Source of the DNA: an uncultured Thermoplasmata archaeon
Lineage (GTDB): Archaea > Thermoplasmatota > Thermoplasmata > Lutacidiplasmatales > UBA184
Direction: 5' to 3'
DNA length: 64,000 nucleotides
NCBI GenBank assembly: GCA_963735185.1
Contig: CAVTJV010000007.1
Coordinates: 872,651 to 936,650 of the forward strand
Shown here: piece by piece, positions 39,779-49,846 of the stretch
Layout: each line of letters begins with the position of its first letter
Numbering within the stretch: the stretch's first letter is position 1
Made by a program: the position numbers and the translations under genes
Notes under the pieces: model-generated
Told to the model about the DNA's origin: nothing
Seen by the model: the letters and a program-made list of their open reading frames with translations, nothing else
Databases searched by the model: none

Positions 39779-40084
39779 CTAGCCGAAGTACCCGGGGGAT
39801 TGCGGAGGCGCGCTCCGCTTCTCCTCGTCGGCCTTGACGGCTTCCAGGATATCGACCGCCAGGATCGCCGGAACCGGAACGAGGCGGACCCGTCCCTTCT
39901 CGTCCTCGCCCGGCCCGTCGAGCTCGATGGCGAGGGTGTTGTCGCCTCCGATCGAGACGAGCCCCCGGAACGTGCCGGTCGATACGATCGCTTCCTTCTC
40001 GGTGCCGGCGGACCGGACCGTGACCTTCGAGCCCGGAGTCAGGGCGATCGCCGGCCGCTTCGCCGCGCCGGCCGGCTCGCTCAT
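39779..40084 (-). CDS. Small hypothetical beta-rich protein (possibly Sm/SH3-like)
   Basis: LTPGSKVTVRS...STGTFRGLVSIG...RVRLVPVPAILAVDIL; ATGA overlap with the upstream gene. Confidence 0.7.
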   Translation of the reverse strand: MSEPAGAAKRPAIALTPGSKVTVRSAGTEKEAIVSTGTFRGLVSIGGDNTLAIELDGPGEDEKGRVRLVPVPAILAVDILEAVKADEEKRSAPPQSPGYFG

Positions 40085-40602
40085 CGGCCCCCTCCGCGGT
40101 CTCGCGCAGCGGCCCGGGGCGCGGGGGCGACCTTCGGCGGTGTCTCGAGCGCCTTCTTCTCGACCAACGTCTGCAAGTGATTCACCGTCTCCCGATATCG
40201 GCGGAGGGCATTCTGCGCGTTCGCTTCCGTGAAGTCCCAGGCGCGGGCCAGGTTGCCGTATCGAAGCCGGTACCCTTTTCGCCCCTTCCCGTCGGTGGCC
40301 CCTCCCACCTCCTCGAGCAGGTCGAGCGCCTTGAGCTTGTTGACATGACGGTACACCGTGGGCTTGGACGTCTTGAGCACCGCCGTCAGCTCGTCCACGT
40401 ACCACGCTCGTGACGGGTCCTTGAGGAGGCAGTCGCGCACCAACCGATAGGCGAGGCTCTGCGCCACCGGTCCTTCGGAGCCGCGACCCTCTTCGCCCTC
40501 CGGCAGGTAGCCGACGAGTCGCAGGAACTCTCGGAGCACCTCGTCCAGGTCGGCGATCGGGGTGAGGGGAGTGCTGTAACGCAACGCGAGTTCGAATGGC
40601 AT
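40081..40602 (-). CDS. Winged-helix DNA-binding protein (ArsR/TrmB-like)
   Basis: WYVDELTAVLKTSKPTVYRHVNKLKALDLLEE...KGYRL. Confidence 0.82.
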   Translation of the reverse strand: MPFELALRYSTPLTPIADLDEVLREFLRLVGYLPEGEEGRGSEGPVAQSLAYRLVRDCLLKDPSRAWYVDELTAVLKTSKPTVYRHVNKLKALDLLEEVGGATDGKGRKGYRLRYGNLARAWDFTEANAQNALRRYRETVNHLQTLVEKKALETPPKVAPAPRAAARDRGGGR

Positions 40603-40756
40603 GCGGTCCGGTTGCCAAAGCCGCTCATCAGATAAAAAAGAAGGCGTGAGGCCCCCGTCCGCGCCGCGGTGCGACGGGAGCGCACGTCCCCGCGGGCCGG
40701 CCCTCACCCGACCGGGTGGCGCGAGCGCTTAAGCTTCTTTAGCGGTCCCGTCCGGC

Positions 40757-41914
40757 ATGCCGCTCTCCCTCACGGAAGTCCGGGCGCTGCTCGCCTCATA
40801 CCCGTCTCCGCCGGTCGTCGGAACGGTCGGTTCTCACTCGGCGATCGATGTCGCCGACGGAGCGGTCACCGAAGGCCTTTCGAGCCTGGTCCTCGCCCAG
40901 GCCGGTCGAGACGCGACCTACACCCGGTACTTCCGGTCGGTACGGGCCCCCGACGGAACGCGGATGCGTGGGTGCGTGGACGACGTCTGGACGTTCTCGA
41001 AGTTCGCGGACATCGTCTCCCCCGCGGCCCAGGAGCGCCTGCGTTCGGCGGGCGTGGTGATCGTCCCGAACCGAGCGCTCAGCTCCTACGTTTCCCTCTC
41101 CGCGATCGAGGACGACTTCCGGGTGCCGATCGTGGGCTCGCGGTCGATGTTGCGGATCGAGGAACGGAGCGAGCGCGAGAACTACTACACCCTCCTCGAG
41201 CGGGCCGGCATCGCCACCCCGCGCAAGATCCCGACCCCCGACGCGATCGACCGCCTCGCGATCGTGAAGCTGCCCCATGCGACCCGCCGGCTCGAACGCG
41301 GGTTCTTCACTGTCGCCAGTCCGGAGGCGTACCGTGCGAAGGTCGAACGGTTGGTGTCGCGCGGGACGGTCGACCCGGCCGACCTTGCGACGGCGCGGAT
41401 CGAGGAGTACGTGCTCGGCCCGGTGTTCAACTTCAACTTCTTCTTCTCCCCGCTCGCCCCGCGGGAGGACGGGCTCGAGCTGCTCGGGGTCGACGAGCGG
41501 CGCGAGAGCAACCTCGACGGTCTCGTCCGTCTGCCGGCCGCCCAACAGCTCGAGCTCAACGACTCCGACCGGATCCCCGAGTTCACCGTCGTGGGCCACG
41601 GGACGCTCACGGTGCGCGAGTCGATCCTCGAAGAGGTCTTCCGGATGGGAGAGAAGTTCGTCGACGCTGCCCGCTCCCAGTACCCACCGGGGATCATCGG
41701 ACCGTTCTGCCTTCAGACGTGCATCGACCGCAACGGGCATCCGTCGGTCTTCGACGTCGCGGCGCGGATCGGAGGCGGGACGAACGTCCACCTCGCGCTC
41801 GGCCATCCGTACGGGAACGCGCTCTGGCGGACCCCGATGAGCAGTGGCCGTCGGGTCGCGCTCGAGATCCGGCGCGCCTCCGAGCAGGGGCGCCTCGCGG
41901 AGATCGTCACATGA
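40757..41914 (+). CDS. purP: PurP-family formate-dependent ATP-grasp ligase
   Basis: GSHSAIDVADGA, LERGFF, IEEYVLGP, PPGIIGPFCLQ, RIGGGTN, MSSGRRVALEI. Confidence 0.9.
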   Translation: MPLSLTEVRALLASYPSPPVVGTVGSHSAIDVADGAVTEGLSSLVLAQAGRDATYTRYFRSVRAPDGTRMRGCVDDVWTFSKFADIVSPAAQERLRSAGVVIVPNRALSSYVSLSAIEDDFRVPIVGSRSMLRIEERSERENYYTLLERAGIATPRKIPTPDAIDRLAIVKLPHATRRLERGFFTVASPEAYRAKVERLVSRGTVDPADLATARIEEYVLGPVFNFNFFFSPLAPREDGLELLGVDERRESNLDGLVRLPAAQQLELNDSDRIPEFTVVGHGTLTVRESILEEVFRMGEKFVDAARSQYPPGIIGPFCLQTCIDRNGHPSVFDVAARIGGGTNVHLALGHPYGNALWRTPMSSGRRVALEIRRASEQGRLAEIVT

Positions 41915-43095
41915 CCGACCCATCCCCTCCGACCGCCGCCCCGCTGCGCCGCACGGCCCTCTACGACTTCCACCGCCGGCACGGGGCCCATATCGTCCCG
42001 TTCGCCGGCTGGGAGATGCCGCTCTACTACACGAGCATCCTCTCCGAGCATCGCGCGGTCCGGGAGGGGGTCGGTCTCTTCGACGTCTCCCACATGGGGA
42101 TCCTCACGGTCGAAGGGGCCCACGCCGCGGACCTCCTCGGCCGGCGCACGACCGCGAACGTCCCCGCCCTTTCTCCCGAGCAGGTCCGGTACACCTTCCT
42201 GCTCGAGGCGACCGGGTTCATCGTCGACGACCTTCTCGTCAGTCGCATCGACAGCGGCGAGGAGTTGACCCGCTCCTTCCTGGCCGTCCCGAACGCGAGC
42301 CGGGCGGACGAGATCGAGGAGATCCTGCGCCAGCACCGCGGCCCCGACACGACGATCGGTCGGTGGAACGGTCCGGTGGCCCTGCTCGCGGTACAAGGGC
42401 CCAAGTCGCGGTCGGTCCTCGAGTCGCTGTTCCCGTGGGAACTCTCGGGGCTTCCGTTCTATCACGTGCGATTCTTCCCGAAGAAGGACGGCACTGGCCC
42501 GCGGTCCGGCCGCCTCGGGCTGCGGTTCCCCGGCGCCCTCACCGACTACCTGCTGGTGAGCCGGACCGGCTACACGGGAGAGCTCGGGTACGAGGTGTTC
42601 GTCCCCGCCGCGGAGGCCGATGCGCTCGCCGAGCGCCTCCTGGCGGCGGGCGTCGTGCCGGTCGGCCTCGGCGCGCGCGATACCCTCCGCCTCGAGAAGG
42701 GGTATCTCCTCTCGGGGCAGGAGTTCCACCGGGACCACACACCGCTCGAGGCGGGCCAGGAGCGGTTCGTCGACTTCGACCACGTGTTCGTCGGGAGCCC
42801 GACCCTCGAGAAGGAACGCGCCGAGGGCCCGAAGCAGCGGCTCGTGGGGATCGAGGTCGACGAAGCGGACGCGATCCCGCGACACGGCACGCCGATCCGG
42901 TCGGCCGGTAAGCCGGTGACCGAGGCGACGAGCGGGGGCCTCTCCCCGACGCTCGGAAAAGGGATCGCCCTCGCCTACCTCCCGAGCGCCCTCACCGCGC
43001 CCGGAACCGCATTGACCCTCGACATCCGTGGCCGCGAGGTCGCGGGCCGGGTCGTGCCGCTGCCGTTTCTCAAGGCGGCTCGCACGCGTACGTAA
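41911..43095 (+). CDS. gcvT: Glycine cleavage system aminomethyltransferase T
   Basis: FAGWEMPLYY, EHRAVREGVGLFDVSHMG, SRTGYTGELGYE, GLGARDTLRLEKG. Confidence 0.95.
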   Translation: MTDPSPPTAAPLRRTALYDFHRRHGAHIVPFAGWEMPLYYTSILSEHRAVREGVGLFDVSHMGILTVEGAHAADLLGRRTTANVPALSPEQVRYTFLLEATGFIVDDLLVSRIDSGEELTRSFLAVPNASRADEIEEILRQHRGPDTTIGRWNGPVALLAVQGPKSRSVLESLFPWELSGLPFYHVRFFPKKDGTGPRSGRLGLRFPGALTDYLLVSRTGYTGELGYEVFVPAAEADALAERLLAAGVVPVGLGARDTLRLEKGYLLSGQEFHRDHTPLEAGQERFVDFDHVFVGSPTLEKERAEGPKQRLVGIEVDEADAIPRHGTPIRSAGKPVTEATSGGLSPTLGKGIALAYLPSALTAPGTALTLDIRGREVAGRVVPLPFLKAARTRT

Positions 43096-43131
43096 ATACT
43101 CGGTGCGCCCCATCTACTCGGGGCGAGAACG

Positions 43132-45512
43132 ATGGCGGCCGAAGCCGGGTCCGCTCGCCCGTTCGTCGGCCGGGTCGAGACGGTAGAGGCGCTCCACCGT
43201 CGGTTCGAGGACGCACGGGCGGGGACGGGCGGAGTCACCCTCCTCGTGGGGGGCACGGGGGTCGGGAAGTCGGCGCTCGTCGCCGAGCTCGTCCGGGACA
43301 TCCGGGCCCGCGGGGTCCGGGTGCTGCTCGGTCGGGCCCTCGCGCTCGATGACCCGCCCCCGTTCTCGTTGATCCGCTCTGTCATCCAGAGCGCGCACGA
43401 CGACCCGACACTCCAGCCGACCGAGCCCCGGTCGCTCGGCGCCGACCAGTTCCTGATCGGGTTCGCTCCTCGCCTCGGAGAGCCGGCGTTCCCGTCGCCC
43501 ACCGGCATGGAGGAGCGCCTGCTCGAGGTACTCGGTGAGACCGACGAGCGCGGCGAATCCTCCCGGGAGCGGGTCTTGACCGGGATCGCCGAGCAGTTCC
43601 TCGAGTTCACCCGCCACGGGCCCACGGTGCTCGTTCTCGAGGACCTGCACCGCGCGGACGAGTCGTCGCTCGCGGCGGTCGAATTCCTCGCGAACCAGCT
43701 GCAGAACCGGCCCCTCTGGGTCTTGGCGACCAGCCGCCCGTACGGGTCCCTCACGGAATCGGGCCGCGCCCGGCTCGAGGGGTTCGAGAGCGCCACCCGC
43801 GCTCGACGGATCCTCCTCCGCCCGATGACGTCGGGAGAGGTCGCCGACTACCTGCGGATGACCGACCCATCCCGGGAGTACTCCCCCGAGGAGGTCGCGC
43901 GACGCTACTCCGAGACCGGTGGGAACCCGCTCCTCCTCCAGCAGCTCGACCGTCGGATCTCGGTCTCCGAGCCCGGGGGCCGCCGGAGGCCCCCCTTCCA
44001 CCGCTCGACGAGGAAGCCCATCGCACGCTCGACGTTGCGGCGGTGCTAGGGCCCGAGTTCCCGTTCGCCATTCTCCTGCGCGCGAGCGGCGAGGACGAGG
44101 AACGCCTCGCGGAGGCCGTCGACCGTCTGGTCGGACAAGGGCTCCTCTACGAGCGACCGGGAGAGCTTCTCGCCTTCCCCGAAGACCGGCTCCGCGAGGA
44201 GGCGTACGGGCGCCTCACCGAGAGCCGCCGTCGCCTCCTTCACCGGCGGGCCGGCGAGGCCCTCGAGGCGATGGGGAGCGCGGACCTCACGACGATCTAC
44301 GCCCTCGCGCGGCACTTCTACTTGGGCCGCCAGGATGAGAAATCGGTCCAGTACAACCGGATCGCGGCGGAGATCGCCGACCGGGCGTTCGCGCCCGATG
44401 TCGCCCGCGACCACCTCGCCCGAGCGCTCGAGAGCCAGCGCGACCTGAACCCGGACGACCGCGATGGGGAGTCGGAGCTCGTGCTCGAGCTCGCGCGAAC
44501 GACCAACGAGCTCGGCCGCCTGCAGGAGGCGGAGGGGATCCTCCGCGACTTCCTCGACCGGGAGAAGAACGACCCCCGCCTCTCCCCACGCAGTCGGGCG
44601 ACCCTTGAGATCTACCTCGCCCGGGTCCTGAGCGACCGAGGGGACTGGCGCGCCGCCTCCGAGGTCGCAGAGAAGGTGCTCACCTCCCCGGGGCTCGAAG
44701 GCCAGCTGCTCGTCCAGCTCGGGGCCCACCGGCTGCTCGGCGAGGCGCTCTTCTACGAAGCGCGCTACCCGGAGGCCCTCGCCCAGCACGCCGAGGAGAT
44801 CCGGCTCGCGCGCGAGGCCGGCAACGAGCGCGCGACCGCGCTCGGCCAGGCCCGACACGCGGGCGTCCTCATGATGATGAGCCAGGCGGAGCCGGCGCTC
44901 ATCGAAGCGCGCGAGGCGGCAGCCACGCTGGAACGCGTGGGACCCGCCCGGGAATCGGCCCAGGCGCACCTCTTCCTCGGGGTCCTCATCACGAGCATCC
45001 CCGCCGAGACCCCCCGTCATGCGGAGGCGATCGCGGAGTTCGCGGAGGCGACCCGCCTCGCCGAGAAGGCGCAGGACCCCCGTCGCATGGGCTGGGCCCT
45101 GTTCAACACCGCGGACATCCTGCGGGACGCCGGCCAGTTCGAGGAAGCGACCGAGAAGGCAGAGCGCGCCCGGGAGATCCTCGAACGGATCGGGGACCGG
45201 TTCGGTCTCATCCAGTCGATCATCGTGCGGGGGAAGATCGCAATCGACCGGGGCGAGTACGACCTCGCGGAAGCCGACCTGCTCGAGGCGTACCGTCTGG
45301 TCCGGGACCTGAACGCCCCGGCGGACGAGGTCGACGTGGTCCTTCGGCTCGCCCAGCTCTCCTATGCGCGAGGGGACCGCGCGAGCGCCCGCCGCCGCGT
45401 CGCCGAGCTCGAGCGCCGCAACCTCCCCGCGCTCCGCCCCGACGTCACGGAGGATTTCGACCGCCTGCGCCACGCGCTCGCCACGGGGGAGGGCGAGGCC
45501 GACGTCCCCTGA
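43132..45512 (+). CDS. STAND-like AAA ATPase with TPR-like repeats (frameshifted near 43978)
   Basis: FVGR, GGTGVGKS, LVLEDLHRAD, TGGNPL, then helical repeats. ORFs 43132..44049 and 44043..45512 join with one extra G in the G5 run at 43975-43979. Confidence 0.85.
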
Positions 45513-46386
45513 ACACCCCTCGGCCGACCCGGAGGCCCTCGCCCGTCGGGCCCTTCGGGAGGACCGTGCGTCCCACGACCGCACGACCCGTCTGCTCCTC
45601 GTCCACTCGGTCCCGGCGGAAGCCCGCGTCGTCGCGCAGGCGCGCGGCATCCTGTCGGGGATGGCGGTCGCGCGGGCGACCGCCCGAGCCCAGGACCTCA
45701 CGGTCCTCATGGCCGCTCGGGACGGGACCCCGGTCCATCCGGGCACCGTCGTCCTCCGCCTCCGGGGGGACGCGCGGCGGATCCTGGCCGCGGAGCGCAC
45801 GATCCTCAATTTCCTCATGCACGCGAGCGGGGTCGCGACCGAGACCCGCCGCGCGGTCGAGGGGACGCGAGGGGCCCGGCGACCGCTCGAGGTCTGGGCC
45901 ACGCGGAAGACGCTGCCCGGCCTCCGAGACCTCGAGAAAGCGGCGGTCGTCCACGGGGGCGGACACCCGCACCGGCGGGACCTCTCGGACGCCGTCCTCA
46001 TCAAGAACAACCATCTCGCGCTCGTTTCGCTCCCGAACGCGGTGGCGCGGGCTCGCGCTCGGGCGCGGCCCGGGGAGTCGGTCGAGGTGGAGGTTCGGAC
46101 CGCCGCCCAGGCGGTCACGGCGGCGCGCGCGGGGGCGGACGCGCTGCTCCTCGACAACGTCTCCCCCCGACGGGCCCGCGAGATCGTGCGGACGCTCGAG
46201 CGCCAGGAGCTTCGACGCGGGCGGTGGGTCGAGCTCTCGGGCGGGATCACGCCCGAGCGGGTCCGCCTCTACCGGTCGGTGGGGGCGGACGCGGTCAGCT
46301 TGGGAGGACTCACGCATTCGGCGCCGGCCCTCCCGTTCCACCTCCTTCTCCGCCCCACCCCTCCCTTAAGACGCCGCGCGGTCTAG
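45502..46386 (+). CDS. nadC: Nicotinate-nucleotide diphosphorylase (start codon unclear)
   Basis: AERTILNFL, SGVAT, TRKTLPG, HRRDLSDAVLIKNNH, EVEV, LLDN, SGGIT, LTHSAP. Confidence 0.93.
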   Translation, partial: TSPEHPSADPEALARRALREDRASHDRTTRLLLVHSVPAEARVVAQARGILSGMAVARATARAQDLTVLMAARDGTPVHPGTVVLRLRGDARRILAAERTILNFLMHASGVATETRRAVEGTRGARRPLEVWATRKTLPGLRDLEKAAVVHGGGHPHRRDLSDAVLIKNNHLALVSLPNAVARARARARPGESVEVEVRTAAQAVTAARAGADALLLDNVSPRRAREIVRTLERQELRRGRWVELSGGITPERVRLYRSVGADAVSLGGLTHSAPALPFHLLLRPTPPLRRRAV

Positions 46387-46401
46387 AAATCCCGAAGGTC
46401 G

Positions 46402-47307
46402 ATGAGCCTAGCCGAGGAGATTCTCCGCCTCAAGGAGGAACGGAACGCGGTACTGCTCGCCCACAACTACCAGCGTCCGGAGGTCCAGGACATCGCCGAT
46501 TTCGTCGGCGACTCGCTCTACCTCTCCCGGAAGGCGATGGAGTCCGACCGTTCGGTCATCGTGTTCGCGGGGGTCCGGTTCATGGCCGAGACCGCGAAGA
46601 TACTGAACCCCAGCCGTACCGTGCTGCTCCCCGACCTGAAGGCCGGTTGCGGCCTCGCCGACTCGATCACTGCGGAGCAGCTTCGGACCTGGAAGAAGGC
46701 GCACCCGGGCGCGGTGGTGGTGGCGTATATCAACACCTCGGCCGACGTGAAGGCGGAGGCCGACATCTGCTGCACGAGCTCGAACGCCGTGAAGGTCGTG
46801 GAACAGGTCCCTCCGGGCCGGGAGATCCTCTTCCTCCCTGACATGTTCCTCGGGGACTACGTGCGTCGCCGCACCGGCCGGGCGATGCACCTGTGGGTCG
46901 GGGACTGCCCCGTCCACGCGAAGCTCCGTCCCGAGGACCTAGCGCGCGCCCGCGCGGAGCACCCTCACGCGCCGGTGATCGCCCACCCCGAGTGCGGATG
47001 TGCGACCCAGGCAATGGGGCACGTCGACCAGATCCTCTCGACGGACGGGATGGTGCGGTTCGCAGAGGAGACGCACGCGCCCGAAGTCCTCGTGGCGACC
47101 GAGGTCGGGATCTTGCACCGGATGTCGAAGCTGAACGCGACGACCCGGTTCACTCCGATCGACGCGGGCGCGGTCTGCCCGTACATGAAGGAGATCTCGC
47201 TCGAGGACGTGCGGGACTCGCTCGCGCTCGGCCAATACCGCATCGAGGTGCCCAGCGAGACGGCGGCGAAGGCCCGCGTCGCGCTCGAACGGATGGTCGC
47301 GGCCTGA
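46402..47307 (+). CDS. nadA: Quinolinate synthase
   Basis: LAHNYQRPEVQDIADFVGDS, GVRFMAETAKILNP, CTSSNA, CPVH, AHPEC, CPYMK. Confidence 0.97.
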   Translation: MSLAEEILRLKEERNAVLLAHNYQRPEVQDIADFVGDSLYLSRKAMESDRSVIVFAGVRFMAETAKILNPSRTVLLPDLKAGCGLADSITAEQLRTWKKAHPGAVVVAYINTSADVKAEADICCTSSNAVKVVEQVPPGREILFLPDMFLGDYVRRRTGRAMHLWVGDCPVHAKLRPEDLARARAEHPHAPVIAHPECGCATQAMGHVDQILSTDGMVRFAEETHAPEVLVATEVGILHRMSKLNATTRFTPIDAGAVCPYMKEISLEDVRDSLALGQYRIEVPSETAAKARVALERMVAA

Positions 47308-47337
47308 CCGTGCGCCTTCGTTCGTTCGTGAGTTAGT

Positions 47338-47703
47338 TCAGAACGTCGGGAAGATCGGCGCGAACCCGTGCACGTAGAGCTCGAACGCCGCCGCGAGGAG
47401 CCCGAACGCCGACAGGAAGACGACCCCGATCGCCAGCCAGGACGGTTTGCGCGTCAGGTAGAAGTGCGGGCTGAGCGGGTTCAGGCGGGTCGATAGGAAC
47501 GACGTCCCCGAGAAGAACAGGACGACGCCCAGGAGCGCCGTGAGCAGGACCGTGTAGTGACTCAGGTAGAGGCCCACCAGCACGAGCACGAGCGCGACGG
47601 GGATCGCCGCGTGGGAACGTTTCGTCTCGGTCTCCGCCGCCCGGTCCGGCGGAGGGTGGGTAGGGCGGCGGTAGGCCGGTGGATACGCCCGGGCGTTGGA
47701 CAC
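47338..47703 (-). CDS. Small membrane protein (about 3 TM helices)
   Basis: Hydrophobic segments IPVALVLVLVGLYL, LLTALLGVVLFF, WLAIGVVFLSAFGLLAAAF. Confidence 0.7.
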   Translation of the reverse strand: MSNARAYPPAYRRPTHPPPDRAAETETKRSHAAIPVALVLVLVGLYLSHYTVLLTALLGVVLFFSGTSFLSTRLNPLSPHFYLTRKPSWLAIGVVFLSAFGLLAAAFELYVHGFAPIFPTF

Positions 47704-47807
47704 GTTTAGGAGGGGTCGGTCGGTCCTAGATGAACCCCACCCTCCAACGGAAACCGCTTCCGGTTGGACCTAGAGATAAAAAGGGGGAGACCCCCTCTGC
47801 CGGTTCG

Positions 47808-48164
47808 GTGAACGAGAACCCCCCGCGGCGTCCTGCCCCGTCTAACCCCGCCCGGCCCACGGCGCCGGTCTCGGGTTCGCGTCGCCTACCGGAGCCACCG
47901 GCGCTTCGGATGAACCCGCTCGCGCGCGCCCGGGCCTGCTCGAGCTGCGCCGCCCCGATCGGGGGTGCCTCGACCCCGCCCCGCTGCTGGGGGTGCGGCC
48001 GTCCCCTATGCGCCGATTGCTACTGGCGGCACGGGTTGACGCCGACCGCGCACCGCTGTACGAGCTGCCTCATGAAGTCGAACGCTTCCTCGCGGACCTC
48101 GATCTCGGGGGGCCGTTCGACTCCCGCTTCTGGTCCGGGGTCGGCCCGGACCATGTGGTACTGA
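47808..48164 (+). CDS. Small Cys-rich zinc-finger protein
   Basis: CSSC...CWGC...LCADCYWRH...HRCTSC; AT-rich GATAAAAA about 30 nt upstream of GTG 47808. Confidence 0.6.
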   Translation: MNENPPRRPAPSNPARPTAPVSGSRRLPEPPALRMNPLARARACSSCAAPIGGASTPPRCWGCGRPLCADCYWRHGLTPTAHRCTSCLMKSNASSRTSISGGRSTPASGPGSARTMWY

Positions 48165-49791
48165 CCTCTTCGAGGGAGCGGGCGTTCGCCACCGCTTCCC
48201 GTGGAGCGCCCGCGCGCCGGGCGAACCCGATGGCCACGGCCCGTGTCGGGTCGTCCCCGGTCGCGCCCAGGCCCGTCGGTACGTGGAGCGCGACCCCCAT
48301 CGCACGGGCCTGACGGCCGGCGGTCGAGTCGAGCCGCTCCGGACCGGGCCCGATCTCGATGGCCGCGGAGGCGTGTCGAGCCTCCTCGAGCCATCCGGCC
48401 AAGGTCGCTGCGTCCGACGCGACCGAGGAACCCACGTGGGCGACGAGGGCCGGCGCACGAGAGACCTCGCGGGAGCCGGTCCCCTTGGACGGGGTCGTGG
48501 TGGGCCGTTCGATGCGATAGTCGTGCGGGGTCGCTTCGAGCTCCTTCGGTATCGGGCCCCTGCCCATTTCGACCGCGCACGCGAGGCGGAGCTCCGCAGG
48601 CCGAAGTTCCGTGAGGCGGGACCGCGTCGCGTCGGGGAGACGCCAAACGGTCCCGTCCGCACGGACCCCTCCCACCACGACCCCGACATAGACGAAGCCG
48701 TGCGCCCGGGCCTCGGCGACGACCCGGTCCACGGTGTCGGGGGTAGCGTCCGGGGCGAGGTGTGTATGCAGGTCTCCCCGGAGGTCGCCCTCCAAGACGA
48801 GCAGGGGGACCGTTCCCTGCGCGGCCACCTCGATCTCGCCTCGGTCCTCCCGGAGCTCGGGCGGGATCCAGGCGAGCCCGAGGGCTCCGTACACGTCCTC
48901 CTCCGTGGCCCCGGCGACCCGCCCGTCGCCCCGGAAGACCCCGTACTCGTTGACCTTCAGCCCTCGGTCACGGGCGAGCGACCGGAGACGCACGTTGTGG
49001 TCCTTCGAGCCCGTGAAGTACTGGAGCGCGGCCCCGAACTCCTCGGGCTTTACGACCCGCAGGTCCACCTGGAGGCCGTCCGTGAGCACGACGGTCTCCT
49101 TCGTCTCACCCCGCATCTTCACCTCGGCGACGAGGGGGTGCCCTGTGAACGCCTCGAACACCTTTCCCGGGTCCTTCGACGTCACGAGGATGTCGAGGTC
49201 GCCGACCGTTTCGCGCGCCCGGCGGAAGCTGCCGGCGACCTCCACCCGGTCGGCGCCGGCGCCGTCTCGGAGCGCTCGCACGAGCGTGCGTGCGACCGGA
49301 TAGACCTCCTCGATGGCCCGTCGTGCGGGCCCGGGGCCGGCCGCCGCGGCCGCGAGCGCCGACCGGATCTGCTCGATCTTCTTCTCCCCGAACCCCTTCA
49401 TCCCGGTGAGGCGGCCCGCGGCGATCGCGTCCGCAAGCTCGTTCGGTCCTTCGACGCCGAGCTCGACCCAGAACCGGCGCGCGGTCTTCGGACCGAGCCC
49501 GGGGAGGCGCATCAGCTCGACGAGCCCGGGCGGGACCTCGCGCTTCAATCGCTCGTAGTAGGAGACGGACCCCGTCCGAAGGTACTCCTCGATCTTCTCC
49601 TCGATCGCCTCCCCGACCCCCGGGATGGTCCGGAGCTCGCCCCGCGCGGAGACCGCGCCCAGGTCCTCGGTCAGGCTCTCGATCGACCGAGCGGCACGCC
49701 GGTACGCTTCGGGCTTGAACTTCTCCCCGAGAAGGTCGAGGAGGTCGGCGATCGTCCGGAAGATTTCCGTCGCTTCCGCGTTGGAGGTCAT
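48070..49791 (-). CDS. polX: Family X DNA polymerase with degenerate PHP domain
   Basis: AYRRAA, IPGVG, AGSFRR, GDLDIL, QVDLRVV, YFTGSKDHN, IPPELRE, GDLHTH. Confidence 0.93.
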   Translation of the reverse strand: MTSNAEATEIFRTIADLLDLLGEKFKPEAYRRAARSIESLTEDLGAVSARGELRTIPGVGEAIEEKIEEYLRTGSVSYYERLKREVPPGLVELMRLPGLGPKTARRFWVELGVEGPNELADAIAAGRLTGMKGFGEKKIEQIRSALAAAAAGPGPARRAIEEVYPVARTLVRALRDGAGADRVEVAGSFRRARETVGDLDILVTSKDPGKVFEAFTGHPLVAEVKMRGETKETVVLTDGLQVDLRVVKPEEFGAALQYFTGSKDHNVRLRSLARDRGLKVNEYGVFRGDGRVAGATEEDVYGALGLAWIPPELREDRGEIEVAAQGTVPLLVLEGDLRGDLHTHLAPDATPDTVDRVVAEARAHGFVYVGVVVGGVRADGTVWRLPDATRSRLTELRPAELRLACAVEMGRGPIPKELEATPHDYRIERPTTTPSKGTGSREVSRAPALVAHVGSSVASDAATLAGWLEEARHASAAIEIGPGPERLDSTAGRQARAMGVALHVPTGLGATGDDPTRAVAIGFARRAGAPREAVANARSLEEVSTTWSGPTPDQKRESNGPPRSRSARKRSTS

Positions 49792-49846
49792 CGCCGCTCC
49801 TTCGCGTGCGCTCCCGTCGGGGCCTTCCGGGCCGTCCTCGGGACCC

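Noticed and set aside
39659..39800. Integrated element at the tRNA 3' end
   Set aside because: No integrase and no duplicated tRNA 3' fragment were noticed; flanking genes look like core genes.
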